64,000 bases of DNA. Source: Balanoglossus misakiensis. Its lineage: Eukaryota; Animalia; Hemichordata. Each line of letters opens with the position of its first letter. The stretch's first letter is position 1. Positions 1 to 13,400 of this stretch are shown here, one piece after another. The stretch is from NCBI GenBank assembly GCA_040954595.2, contig CM082578.2:14864998-14928997 (forward strand). Direction: 5' to 3'. Position numbers and translations under genes: made by a program. The notes beneath the pieces are model-generated. The model was not told where the DNA came from, made no database searches, and was given only the letters and a program-made list of their open reading frames with translations.

Positions 1-3000
1 AACACCTGCACCAGGTTCATTCACTAGCTAAGGCCTACTTGAATCAATTTCATAACACCAATGCAGCCAGACCACTCGTTGCTAAGTAACGCCATACTAT
101 ATTTACACAGTGTTTATATCATATTGCAGTGCATCTTTCCATTACAAATGAAATTAATTCAACCAAAAGCTCCGGTGGAATTATGAGTGCAGTTTGGAGA
201 TAGTGAGGAGTCAGTATTATAGGGATATGAATTATTAATATTAAAGCCTAAAGCCAAGCCAAATTCTATTGATATGGCATTGTCAAAGACTTGCACACCT
301 GAAAGAACGCTGTTCTACAATGATCTCCCGAATGGCTTTCACTAGAGAAAAAAAATTGTATATTTTGTAGTAATTGCCATGAATAAAAGCTGCACGGTGC
401 TCAGAATAATTATCATCATACATTCACGGTTGTAAATTTTAAAAATATGAGGGTACCATTAAATACTGAAAAAATTGTATTGTACATGTTAAAAACCTTT
501 GAAATTCACATCAAACAAAACAACAGCAGTGCAGCCGTGCTGATCTTTGATACAATTTGAACTAGGGTTTGACAGCACTTGAAGATCAACTAACTGGTGC
601 TGAAGCATGAGCTTTCAAAGACATGTAGTCTCCTGTGGAATGCTAGCAGGACTACTCTGTCAAAGGCAAACAACAAAAACAACCATGAACATGTTATAGA
701 TGAACCAAATTTAATCAAACAGTTCGATTTGTGATCATTGGACTTAACCAGGACTGCCTTTTTGTCACACTACAAATAATTATCAGTCTTCTGTATACTG
801 CAGCCTTCCATTTACATATTCGCATATTCATTGACAGTCCATTGTTCTCTAACTACACACACCCCCTCCTATTGTTTTCTGACACATCTGCTGCAGGACA
901 CATATTTTCACGCTGAATAAATAGTACCCATGATTCTCTGCCGTGTTGTTCATTTCATTTTTGCTGCAGATGAAAGCTTAGACTACATGTTTTCTATGGA
1001 GTACCTCCATGATCTCTTCCAAACCTCATGCAGCCTTAATTTTGGTCCAAATACCTGATCTTAGAGAGCTGTCAAACCTTAGTTTATGCAACAAAATAAG
1101 ATCATTTCTGGTTAAAGCTCAGTCTGATGGAGGAAAAGCAATCAAAAGTTGTCTTTTTTTTGTTTCAGATCTCTGCAATGACCTGGTGCCCTGCTTATGC
1201 ATGTGGACGGGAACATTTCACGACAAAGAGAGAGCAACAATAAGCTTGCATGGGGAAGAATATAAATGATTTGTCAGCTGGATGTCGATCTGCTAATTTC
1301 GTGTTAATGTGAGTGTTCACTCTTCCTTAGAATCCAGCACCGCACTGACACTTTTGGTCACTAACCACTAATTGTATGGAAATCAAGCAAAGAATTAGAA
1401 TTTGAATGACATTCTGTCTGATAGTAACAACATGACAACTGACTAGATCTTGTGGAATTTCATCACAGAATGCATGGTAAGAAGATGACACAATGCAGAA
1501 TTTATTTTCACAATTACCTTTCTTGCACTGATGCACACCAAGCGAGTAATGCTGAAAACATGTTTTTATCTCTGCAGTTATTTCGGGTGTTTCTGTCAAG
1601 TCACCGTGACACAAATACTTAAGTTATGCAGACCACTCTGTTGGACTACATGTTAAATTGATGCCATATGACAACGCCTCATGGTCTAGCTATACTCTTG
1701 CTAAACACATCACAGACAAATAAGAGCTGCCTCTACATCTGATTAGAATCTCTCCCACAACTCGTACCCTACACCAATTCTTGAAGAAGAATGAGTTTTT
1801 AAATATAATGAGATGATTATTAGCCATCACTATTCACTCCCTGCTAAACAGAAAACTGTATCTGTACGCCTGAAATAAGCCATGCAGCGCAATGACCTTT
1901 AGTCTTCAATCAGACATAAAACCATACATTTTCTTAGTCTAGGTCTCTTCTAAAACATACCCAAAATGAAAGTGTACAAACTGTGAGTTTCTTGGAGCAT
2001 TCAAAGCATCTTGATCATATTATATTAATATGTTATTATTAAAATAAAGAATTTCTCCCGTTATAATTAAATAATAATAACTGCAAAAATAGCTTCAGAA
2101 TATTTATATTCATATTCAAATTAACGATGTCCCATATTCCAAGGAGTGATGAGTCCAGTAAAAAAAACAAAATCTGTTTCATTCAAAAATGAGAGTGTTA
2201 TGTGTTCAGACACATCCATCTTCATAATCTCAGCCATTTCACTGTGGCTGTACTATTTTAGGTTGACATGTTTCTCATAATTTATTGAAGGCCATGTATA
2301 TCCATTACAACTAAAATGATTGAATGGTTCATCATGCTTACAAGGTGACATTTGATATCAGATTTATAATGACCTCCAAAACAAACCAAAACAATGTTCA
2401 GGCTGCAAATAAAATCAAAAACTTTCACCGCATTGTGAGCATGCTGAACAGGTTTTAGAAAACCAAGAAAGGTCAGCATTTTCCATACCCGTTGCACATG
2501 ACCATACATCATTGAACATAAAACACTCAATGTTCCACTAATACAAATGCATTTCATCAAAGAAATCAGATTCTCTGGCTTGATCTAATCGCATCCCAAA
2601 CAACATCAAACATATCATTTAATGTTTACAAAAGTATCTTAATTCATATCATATTATTAGCAACCTTGCACATAATAGCAATATTGTTCTGAAAATTGAG
2701 GTTTATTTGAGGTCAAGGGCAATGCTAGCATGGTAACCCTGAGTAAGTCACAAAATGTGATTGTTCATTTTTTGTATCTAAAAGTGAGATTTCATAACGA
2801 AAAGAAATACCACTGAATCATATTGAAAACAGACACTTCAATAATTGATTTTAAAAGCCTTGAGATTCTTATTCAGTACATCAACAAGCAAAGCAAATCA
2901 ACGCAAAAATTTCCTTATGTGGCATTGTGGGTAAAATGTTCATTGTTTTGGTTCATTTGCATTTTCAAGATTTCAATATCAAACACAAAATGAATAACTA

Positions 3001-5209
3001 TGGCATTGCTTGCATTTTGTGGACACCTGCACAATATTTATCAAATTCAGTTAACTGATTATGACAAATATGTCATCTGCTGGACTGAAATTTTTACCCT
3101 TCTTGCACTCTTAGAAAAAGAAATTTGAATTTCATATTCATTTATACCCAAAATGCTAAAATAATCCATGATATATAGATGATGTGAGTTGATACAAGAC
3201 ATAGATACTTCAAGCAATGCATTTAACCCCAGAAGTGTGATGTAAAGTGCACGTGTATCCATGGCAACATTTATTTCCATGGCAACTGCAATTTTCAGTT
3301 TCAGCTGTGTTCCATAGCAATCGGACATGAGTAATTTTTCATGAATACAAACCACGTGATGCAAATAAGTTGACATACAGATAAAGAGTATTCATTAAAC
3401 ATTTAACAGTTTTTGTTTTTATAAATAATAAATTATATATTTCAAAGATTGTGAAAGCAATAATTTATGAATTAAACACAGATTGATGCAGCTACAACAT
3501 CCCACTCCCGTTTTAACTATACAGCTAAATTTCAATATAAAAAAAAATTCCTTTGCTGACCTGCTATTTGTCAGTGTAAATTATTATTTCTGCTGAAATA
3601 TTGAACTGAAAAATTATGAATGTTTTTACGGTTTTCAACCAAAGTATACTTGTGTCAACAACTTTTAATACATACAACCTGCTTCATCCTCTACCACTAT
3701 ATTTAATGATCTATTATTGTTGTGGTTTACTATTTTATGAATCAAGTTATTTTGGCTGACTTATTCTGGTGACTGGCTACATAGTACATTGTACCTCCAT
3801 TATCATTTATGAACAATAGACAGCAGTCTACATATGAACAAAGGAAAGGTCATCAGACAGATGAGAGGTTGTGTCTTATCTATTGTCTGCAGTTTCAATT
3901 AAACAAGTCTAAACCTGGAAAAAGTAAAACACAGGATGGATTTCTGACAGTAAAAAATCATGAAATATCTACCTTCTCATTATAACGAAAGATGCAAAAC
4001 TGAACTAGGAATTAGTTTGATAACTGAATACAAAAGTGAGAAGACTTTTTGGCAAATGTTGGAATTTTTGTTTTCTATCACACCACAGTAAAGTTAAACT
4101 TTAAAGTTCAATGAACTTGTTTGAATTTTGAGATTAGCCTGACCCTACAGTGACCTTGCATGACCCAAAGTTGACCTTGTTCTTCATAATTTTGCAGTAC
4201 TGCACAGTAGGAGACACAGGAGTCCTCACTATGTAACTTGACATTATGACAGTATTTGGGTAACCGCTTCCAAGCACAGTGTAACTCCACTCCCAACTGA
4301 TGGGAAAAACAACTTTATAAGTTTTCCAGACATAAGTAATGGTATATTGTGACCACCAGAAATAAATTATCAACACATGGCCAATACCATTGAAATGAAT
4401 GAGATACCAGTGCAACAGACCCCTCTTGCTTCATTTCATAGGACCAATGGCAGATCTTTAATGGGTCAATAACAATTGTCCCAAATATTCAAGACCAGGC
4501 GATGTTTGGGAAACTGAAATCAACCCTAACTAAACCTGCATGAGCCTGCACATATATAGTATACGCTTTCTAGTCTACCATTCATTGAAATTGAACAAAT
4601 AACACTTTGCCAATTAACATATGTCAGTTTTCAACTGTTTTTGGTAACTTATATTGTGCAACCTTCAACCACCAGATTTACAGCAGCGAGTCTGTGGTGA
4701 AGACCATAGGAAAGTGATACAAGAAACAAGACTATTGAGACTATTGACATATATATGAAGTATGCAACTGTCTGATGAGGCCCTGGAACAGGAAAAACTG
4801 CTCAGTGTATTATACCAGATATAGGACACAGACAGCCAACTACTTCCTGAATATAGGTTTGAATAACTTGATAATTTCTTGATGTATTGGTCCGGGCAAG
4901 TGTGTCTCTGTAGTGTGTTACACGCCCCAAGGATGAATGGGATGGTAGATATCTGTGTATATGGACTGAATGACCAAGTAGTGATTTATTTACACTGTAA
5001 ATTTAGCTCAATGGAAATCCCTTGCTATTAAAAAGCAGGTAAACTGAACAGATGTAACTAGCCTATACCTCAACAACCAAGTTTATTGGAAGCAATCTGT
5101 GAACAGCAGAGTGCTGAGAATCAAAGATCAGATTTCGTATGGAAAACAATGCTTACTGACATAAGAACAATGACAGTGAGATTGAATAGAAATGAATGAA
5201 TGGACTTAC

Positions 5210-5315
5210 CAAATGACTGTTGGTAGCGTTTGAGTCGCCATTGGGAAAGGGTGTCCACACCGCCAAAGCCACACAGTTTGCAAAAATTGTCAAAAGGATG
5301 AGGTACTCGAAGGGC
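5210..5315 (-). CDS. CACNA1C/D: L-type voltage-gated calcium channel alpha-1 (Cav1), exon 3 (segment IS1); the gene continues toward lower coordinates
   Basis: Translates (K)[35 protein letters not shown], a typical Cav1 IS1 segment. 106 nt, preceded by a U12 branch point and an AC acceptor, followed by a GTAAGT donor. This frame is missing from the ORF track. Confidence 0.95.
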
Positions 5316-5638
5316 GTAAATAGAAAACATGTTAAGGAAAACTTTCAGAATAGTAACAATGCAAAGAAAAAACACGAGAAATGCATCTTCTTTCATACCT
5401 CACCGGTGCGGATTATTCAAAGCTCCACACGACAAGTGCTTGTGGAAAGCGACCTGAATGGATGAGGTGTGTTTGATCATCATTGTCGACATGTTTACAT
5501 CACGGATCAACCATCTAGTAACAAACCGTGTGTTTAAATTGTCAGGTGAAAATTCTCTCTAAGCAATGCAATATACCGCGGGCATAGGAAACAGTCCCAA
5601 AAGATGTCAAATCTGTTATTGTAAACCTAAAAGGATAT
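5316..5638 (-). other. U12-type (minor spliceosome) AT-AC intron, 323 nt
   Basis: 5' site ATATCCTTT at 5638, branch point TTTCCTTAAC at 5340-5331 and 3' end TTTAC at 5316. Splicing restores EW-K(AA|G)-PFE in frame. Confidence 0.95.
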
Positions 5639-5978
5639 TTCCATTCTACGATGCTTATGCACAAGCGCCGAAGCGGGTTATCTAGTGTGAGGCAACACAG
5701 AGCTCTGGGCGGCCTGGTCGGCGTCGACGAGTGATGTTTGCTTTTCTTGTTTTGGTAGGGTGATTGTCGCTTCCGTGTCATCGTGGCGGCGGACTGAGTA
5801 GCCGACAGTGTCTGTCGCCATGCACTGCTAAGACCTGTACCTGTACCTGTACCTGTACCTGTGCCGGTGCCGGTGCCGAAACTGGCTGTGCTCTGTCTAG
5901 TAAGTGGTGGATTGGACTCGGTTCCTGGACTTGCAGCGTAGTGCCCACTCCCGACAGCACGACTGTCATTATTCAACC
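5639..5978 (-). CDS. CACNA1C/D: Cav1 exon 2 (cytoplasmic N-terminus)
   Basis: Encodes ...[23 protein letters not shown]...[27 protein letters not shown], close to the Cav1.2/1.3 N-terminus. Acceptor is tttatctctcctgcag|GG (phase 1). Confidence 0.92.
5833..5877 (-). repeat. Coding hexanucleotide repeat giving (Gly-Thr)7-Gly in the Cav1 N-terminus
   Basis: Plus strand reads (acctgt)5(gccggt)2gcc; translation is GTGTGTGTGTGTGTG. Confidence 0.9.
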
Positions 5979-6258
5979 CTGCAGGAGAGATAAAGGCGAA
6001 TGATGGTGAGACCACACGTACCATCATCCTGCAAAACTAAACTGCGATGCGCGCGGAAGCAATCGTACAGTCAAAACAAATCAAATCCTGGTTACGCGAA
6101 AAGCTATCGCGCTCCCATCCCACTGCACAGTGCAATGTACATCACTATTTTGCTCCCTTGAATGGAGGCCTCATTGAAAATCACACTCTCCTATTCACGG
6201 CGTTTTCACGCACAGCTTCACACAATGGCAAAAAGAATAACAAGAAAATCCTCTTTAC

Positions 6259-6283
6259 CCATCGCTCGTAATCGTACATCCAT
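6259..6283 (-). CDS. CACNA1C/D: Putative Cav1 first coding exon (MDVRLRAM-G)
   Basis: aaccATGG Kozak context, 8 codons plus G, then a GTAAAG donor. Phase 1 matches the exon 2 acceptor. Short and not confirmable by homology. Confidence 0.5.
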
Positions 6284-7203
6284 GGTTGAAATACGGATAG
6301 GGAAAAACTGTGATTTCTGAAAAATTCCCGATTCACTCTCTCACGATCTCCATATTTTCCTTCATCTGACATGAGTTACATCCGGGCATTCCATAATTAC
6401 GAAAATATTAAGCCCTAACCATTTTCATAAAGGGGGCGTATCATTTTCTGTGTTCACTTTCACTTATAAATTGTTTTTGTTTCAGCTTTGCTTGGAATGA
6501 AGTCTAGTTATGTAATCTGCTTGAGATCCTCTTCAAACAGATGTGGGAAACTAATCCGTGGGATGGACCGACATGTCTCGCCCGACAATGTCACGAACTA
6601 AGAAATCCGTCTTTACCTCTCACCCCTAACACAAGAGTGCAACAATCAGCTCATAATAAGAGACCATAGAGTGAAGACAACGAGTATAACTGTGACCTGT
6701 GTGCGTTCGCCAAAAACAATACTGTATGCGACCGTGAAATTACATTTATTTTTAACAGAGAAATATTGACAACTGTCATTTTACACAATAGTGACGTTTG
6801 GTTTCATTTTCCTGCCCACGTTCAGATGACGATAGCGATGCAGACATTTTACGCTTCGCCATCTTGTTCTATTCTGAAGTGCCAAGATTTCGATTTCAGG
6901 ATTCAGTAGAATCTCATTACATTAGTTGGAGAAAAGACAGACGCATGCGTCTTCTGGCATGGGGCCCTCCCCATACCATCCAGTGCTTGGAACGTTTTTG
7001 TTTCTTTTGTACAGTTTTCTTTCTTTCTTTCTTTCTATCGCCAACAGGTAAACTTTTAAATCGACCGAATGATTTACCAGTCACGGTCAGGATACAATGC
7101 AACATGTACAATTGTAAAAATGTATCACAAAAGAAAACGAATTGTGAAACGTCGATTGCTGAAACAATTAAAGAACTGCCATTGTGAAAATGTGTACACA
7201 TAG

Positions 7204-7215
7204 TTGATTGATTGG

Positions 7216-7272
<57 letters not shown>
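7204..7272. repeat. (TTGA/GATT)n tetranucleotide microsatellite
   Basis: About 17 nearly perfect units read directly. Confidence 0.95.
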
Positions 7273-8591
7273 ATGGTTGGTTGATTTTTAATTTGTTAAA
7301 TAATCTTTTATAACCTTCTGATCTGCACGTGCACTACACACGAAGCCTAATACGAGTGTCCTAGTAACTTATACAAAGAAAGGACTGCCTAAGCCTTACT
7401 GAAAACTGGAAGATGTCACATGGCTTTAGTAACAGTCTAAACATGATAAATAACATTCATCCTTATTCAAACACTGCAAAACCCGAGTCTTTTGCAAGCA
7501 TTCCACGTACAAGAAGAACTATATCCCCATGCGCCGGGTCTTTATCATTCGAAGACGTTTGGAGACGTTTGGAGGCATTGGTGTAAGTCTGCCTGTGACC
7601 CAAAAATTTACTTTTATGTTTAGTCAACAGTTTGCCAGTGTTTGCCGCATGTTGAGAAAAAAAATAACGTTCTCTCAAAATCAATAAAAGTACTAGTGGT
7701 TTTTGATTTTGAGGTTTTCCGATAACGTGATATTCTTGGGGAAGTGTGCCAAGGCACATATCTAAAAATCTCAACATTTCTGGTTTGGTTGCATACATCT
7801 ACGTGATACAGCATAATGTGACTGTCAAAGAACCCGTACCTAGTACCTGGTAAGTGACTTTTTCCAGCAAGATCTGTTGTGTTACATGCTGTTTTCTACG
7901 AGACTTGGAGAACTTCATGAGCAAATGCTATGAAAGGTGTTTTTTTTTTCTTGCGAACAAACATTGGCTGAATCACTTCAATATTGACTCAAACACGTAA
8001 ACGAGACAAGTTTGCCTGGGGCAGCCTCAGACCACGGGCAGTAATTAGTATGTCCTAGAACAAAACCTCATCAGACAGGTCTTTCAGATTCATCGAGGCG
8101 GCTATCGTATGTGCCGATAGGGGGCATCTCGCTTTCTTGTGCGTTTCGTCTCATGATTTACATTGTTGTGTGGCATGAATGCTCAATTGTCAGCTGAGAG
8201 TGCCTCTTTTCTCATTTCACCAGCCCACAGGCATAAACTGGAAGACCAATTTACGTTTCTGTTCAACTTAAATTTCCACAGAATGTCAGTCGAGCCATGA
8301 CACTCGACATGTCTAAGCTTATTTGTAAGAAAAACAACATTCTCAACGTCTACTGACACAGACTCGCTGGTGTATAGAAAGCCTAGTAACTTTAGTGGAA
8401 AATCGGAAATTCGTGGCAAAGGATCTTGGTTGCTTTTAAAAAAAACCCCACACAATTCCGACGAGAACTCGTTGATGGCATAGTTAAGTGAGCGAAAGAC
8501 GCAGATTATCTGTAGTAGCCTTTAGCAGTACAATGTGCATGCATAATTATCTGCACATTTATTCTGACTTTTGCTTTATTGCCAAACGTGT

Positions 8592-8668
8592 TTAACCCGT
8601 TCACCCCAGTTCCTTCTAAAGAGGTCCAACTTTACCATAACATTTCCAAACCACACTGGTGAATGGTT
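8592..8668 (+). mobile_element. Degenerate copy of the short TTAA-flanked MITE family (see 19355)
   Basis: ttaacccgttcaccccagttcc...gaggtccaactttaccata...ggtgaatgg resembles the copies at 19355 and 60838. Confidence 0.6.
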
Positions 8669-10369
8669 CTAGTGAAGAGTTAAGTTTGATAATTATATAT
8701 TCTAATAAACGTCGGTGAAAATTGGTGATTCAACATTTTTTTGTCCATCCAATCAACTATCATGCCTATCCATCAAACTGGTATTATCCTCAACATTTCC
8801 ATGGTAATCCTTACGTTGGAATATGGACGTTAACAACACTCAAAATCCATAATCCACATAAATTAGCGATTTTATTGATGTCATCACACCAGCAAACAGA
8901 TATTACGCAGTAATCGTTAGGTTTATTTAATTACAGGACGCAAGTAATGTTCAAATTCAACAAAATTCATGAACGCTTCAGTGACTCTTAAAGTTAATCC
9001 AAACTGCGCATGAGCTTGATTAAAATAAAAGTGACGACAAAGAATTAGACCGTATGGTGCGTAGACCCAAAACGACAGTAAGGTCACCCTGACCTCAGAT
9101 GAACCGTTTGCCCAATGTCACACTACAATCTGCGATTTTCTATTCATTTCTCAAGCTCTGTGATTGTAATCCACAATTTAAACAAACCACGTTAGAGGTG
9201 TTCTCCGACTTCCGTGCAATATTTCGTTCAGTCAACCTGGTTCATCGGATATATATTTTCAGTGGTGAGTACTGTAGCGCCACCAAGGTTCAAAGAGGTA
9301 TTTGAGAAAACTTGTGGGAAAATATGCTAGTACAACAAGCTTTTCCAGTCCGTCGCATACTGATCTTATTATCAAGCGACAATCAACGCTGCGAATATCG
9401 ATAGACTGCTTTTCCGAGGTTGCCAATCGATACACTAACACACTTTCCAAATGAAAATTATGTTTAATGCATTAACATTTCTAAATGAATACGTATACTT
9501 TGGTATACACGTGCACCTTCCGATAATAATCAAGTGAAAAACTGAAAATAATATGCGGGCGCTATTCAGCATATTTCCACGCCAACACCTGCATACATCA
9601 CCACCAGCCTCTCGAATCGTAAAGCCACGCATAGATCTCCTTGAATTTACACTGCGCAAATTTGCTGAGATTGATTGGTTATGGGATGAAGTAGTATAGA
9701 ACTTTCAGTTACTATGGTGGCAGAGGAATGGGGCATATTTTGCAAACTTCCATGTCGTACACAGATATGTGTACGACATAGAAAAGCATGAAGGTGTCGA
9801 AAAAACCTCTCTAATGTAATCTGGTAATACACAAAATGAAAAGTAACGCACAAATCAAATCACCGACGTCACCGCGCACGTGCACGAAGAGGATAAAGTC
9901 GAGTTTATACTGCCCTCTTGTGTTAATTGATAGAAAACGTGCGTCAGCAGCAGCTGAAACGGTTCTTGAGTTTTTCTGTGTAATCTTTAATGACGGTGGT
10001 AAATAAGAAAAAATCCACGTAGATTAAAGGCCAGACAACTCCCAGGGACGTTGTTACGACCCTACGTTTAGGGATAGACCCTAGAGCCTACGGTTTACGT
10101 CATGGACGTTGGCCTAGACCTACTTGTCTTTCATACTGTCTAAACTGAACTTGAAGTCGCCAAGTGCCATTGGCATTGGAATCAACAAATTGATGGGTTT
10201 TGGGCCTAAATATATGCTTTGTGTTACCCCTCTGTAGCGTAGAATTCGTCGTCCATATGTTCTAAATCCTAGCTACATTTACTTAGTCTCAGTACTGACC
10301 GCTTTGGACAGTCGTCCATGCCTGCACAATGTAATTACAATTACACACATAGGGAGTCAGAATCTCAAG

Positions 10370-10498
10370 ATGGCGGCGTCGGCAGCAGGAAGAATGAATC
10401 TGGCTGCTCTACAGCAACAGGATCCCTACATAACCCACATTGTTGATACGGCTACACAGGTAGCACTATATTCTTTTAATCCAGGAGCTAACGAATGG
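10370..10498 (+). CDS. DCP1: mRNA-decapping enzyme subunit DCP1, exon 1 (start of EVH1 domain)
   Basis: MAASAAGRMNLAALQQQDPYITHIVDTATQVALYSFNPGANEW followed by a GTAAGT donor; recognisable DCP1A/B N-terminus. Confidence 0.95.
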
Positions 10499-13400
10499 GT
10501 AAGTTTTACATACGGAAATTTTCACTTTAGCGGCCATTGTAACAGTATTTGATACTTCACCGAGAACCGCGTCGTTAGACAAAACAGAGACATTAGTCAT
10601 AACGGCTATCAGTCCGACATCCAGGTCGATTAAAATAAACTGTGACGCAGTTTGTAATGTGCCAGCTTATCCGTTTGGTTAGCGAGCGAAAGTTCCCCAA
10701 GGCTGGCTGGTTCCTGTCCAGTCTTGACGCTGGGCTGCACTCCCTGTACCACGCTTGTTTTCATTACCGATTTGGACCCCCTCGGATGACGATAATTTTG
10801 TAAATTTTCGTGAAATGTACATAGACGTGAATCACGTAGACTGCGATATCGGTACATAGCGCCACCTGTGGCGAATTTTACACTTAACGTTTGTTTCTGC
10901 TAGATGTATTTTTCTTTCTTATTAAAACTTCATTTTTCTCACTTAAACAATCACATTTACAGTATTATTTTTTTGAAAAAAATAACGCATGGTAGAGGAA
11001 CATTACAATAAAATTCCTTCTTGAAAGCCACAACTACAATTTTGCAACAGACAACACTAGATATTGTCTACCGCAGGAAAGAGAAACAGCCTAAGTTGAT
11101 ATGTGAAATATATCAAATTTCTGCATAGGCAAGATAGATATCTTCTTCTAATGATTGCACAAGTGGTCAACTCATATATTTCATAGCAGTTGTGGATGGA
11201 TCAAGAAAACAATTTTACAGTCTGGCACAAGTATGCTGATGTACATGCCAGCTGTTCCATCAGCAGTTCGTTTATGTAAATGGAAATTTTTGTTATATTT
11301 TAAGGAAATTTAAAAAATGTTAAAACACCATGTGCCATGTTTCCAAAAAAAATTGTTTGAGTTACAAATGTACATGTTGAGCTAATCCCATGATGTGACA
11401 TTTTGAAAGAAATTAAGATATGCCAGGGAAACGCACAATGCTAAAAACTAAGGCCTGAAGCACTCTCTCATATTGGAGTAAACCAATACTTTGCACAAAT
11501 ATTGCCTGAGGGATGGAATCTGCTTGTATGCATTATTAACACAGAAACATGATATAATACACTATGAAGCACAGATAACATGTCTGGGAAGATATTTCAG
11601 CTTAAATTTGGGTGTTCAAGTAAGCTCAGTTGTTTGGGTCTGCCACTGAGCTAGGGAGTACTGTACCAATATGTAAATTGTACACAAACATTTTAGACTC
11701 ATTGGGACTGTACTTTAAATTATTAAAACATTTTGTCACACATAATTTAATGACAGTGGTACATATACATATACATGTAGCTGTTTTGAAGTCGCAACCA
11801 TGCTGCAGTCTGACAATGGTGGCAGCTACAAATGTTGTATCAAAGTGTCTACGTGGTATCAGATGGTGTAATAACATGCTGTGCTCCTTCAGTGCATATT
11901 ATGTACATGTGACAGATGGTGGATGATGTCATGGTTGATGCCAATGTTATGCTTTCCCCTAATTACTCCTCTAATCCGTCAAATGTAAGATTACCTGACA
12001 GTCAGTCAGTCAGTCAATCAGCCATGCAGGCAAAGCAGCTTATTGTCTTGGCATGATATTGGATGCACATATAACTCATAAGGGGAACATTTGTTTTGCA
12101 TTGTGTGTTGAGTCAACCATCTCAAGGATGACTGACCCATGAACAGTTGGCTCAAAGAAGTTATTAGTAATTTGAACACAACTCTGTGTCTGTTATCAGC
12201 CCTTCATGTTGAATTATATTTTAATAAAAGCTGGTGTAAGCGTTGAATCGAGATTGCAGAAGACGATGTTTATGAGAGAACAAAATGTGTTAATTATAGT
12301 ATATTAAAAACATTACCATCCCTCATTATCAAACCCTGAAACATTGGACTGTTTTACAATGAAACTTGCTACATTTGTATCATGTATGCATTGCACTGTT
12401 TCATAAAATGAGTGAATATAACCATCTGATCCGTACAAAACATGGCGCAGTTATATTACCTAGTGTTATCATTCATCTCTGCTAAATCTGCACAGAGTTT
12501 GGGGGATTTTAAGAACATCAGGGATTAAGTATACAGTCGCTGCTAGTCAAGATTTGTTGGAGATTGAAGTCCATCAATGATAAATGACTTTTTAACTACA
12601 GTCTGGTGATACAGGGCCTGGTTCATTTCTCAGAATCACTTATTCTGCAAACCCGTCAAAATGCTGACTTTTTTACTGTTCCGTAAGTCATTTTCTGTTT
12701 ACATGCACCAGTTCACAGGGTATTTGTCATTGCTATAGCAGCAGTATTGCTACTACTCCTCGTGTAATTAATAATTGAACACAAAATATTGCAATTAAAA
12801 TGAAACACTTTTTTTCCTCCAGCAGATCATAATGCTCGCAGTCAGAGTTACATCTGGTGAAAGATTTCTTTTTTAACGGTGTTTCATTTTAGGTAGCCAC
12901 ATTGTAGAATTTGTAATTTGTCGAGCCATCTGTCAAACATGGATGAGGGATTCATGGCAAACTGGGAAAATGGTATTTCATCAAAATAATTCCCATATTG
13001 CTGGATGTGGCCTACTTCAGAATAAAATATTACATGTAGATTTCTACAATGTTCTGCTTCAGAAGTCACATGATAGCAAATACTCCTAGATATAAAACAC
13101 GTGCCTATAAATTTTTCTATTTCTACATCATACTTGTAAGATATGTATGGCCATTTTGACACACCTGGTGTTGTTTATAAAATTAAATGTTTCTGTCTTA
13201 CTCTGAAGCTTGATTGTGTCACTGTACTTTGCTGGAATTATTAACTTGCATGTTTGTTTATGGTCAGTGAATATGTGAGATGCATTGCATGTGGACTTGC
13301 AATGTTTCCAGCCGTGTCATTTCAGTACGAGGACATCATTTCAAATTGTCAGACATTCCTTTCTATACAAGAATAATGTACTGCAATAGTTGAATGCAGG

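Noticed and set aside
1-5209. Further Cav1 exons (IS2-IS3)
   Set aside because: No matching peptide was found by eye; the region is treated as intron 3, though a short exon could have been missed.
5121-5396. ORF with a signal-peptide-like hydrophobic N-terminus, suggesting a nested gene
   Set aside because: It is an off-frame reading of Cav1 exon 3 plus the end of the U12 intron.
6181-6372. ORF MSDEGKYG... as Cav1 exon 1
   Set aside because: Its frame reaches the 6258 donor in phase 0, which is incompatible with exon 2 (phase 1). At most it is a uORF.
9270-10875. CTCF-like motifs (about 9275, 9911 and 10858) and a split REST-like motif (about 10289) around the DCP1 start
   Set aside because: Only partial matches judged by eye; not distinguishable from chance without PWM scoring or ChIP data.
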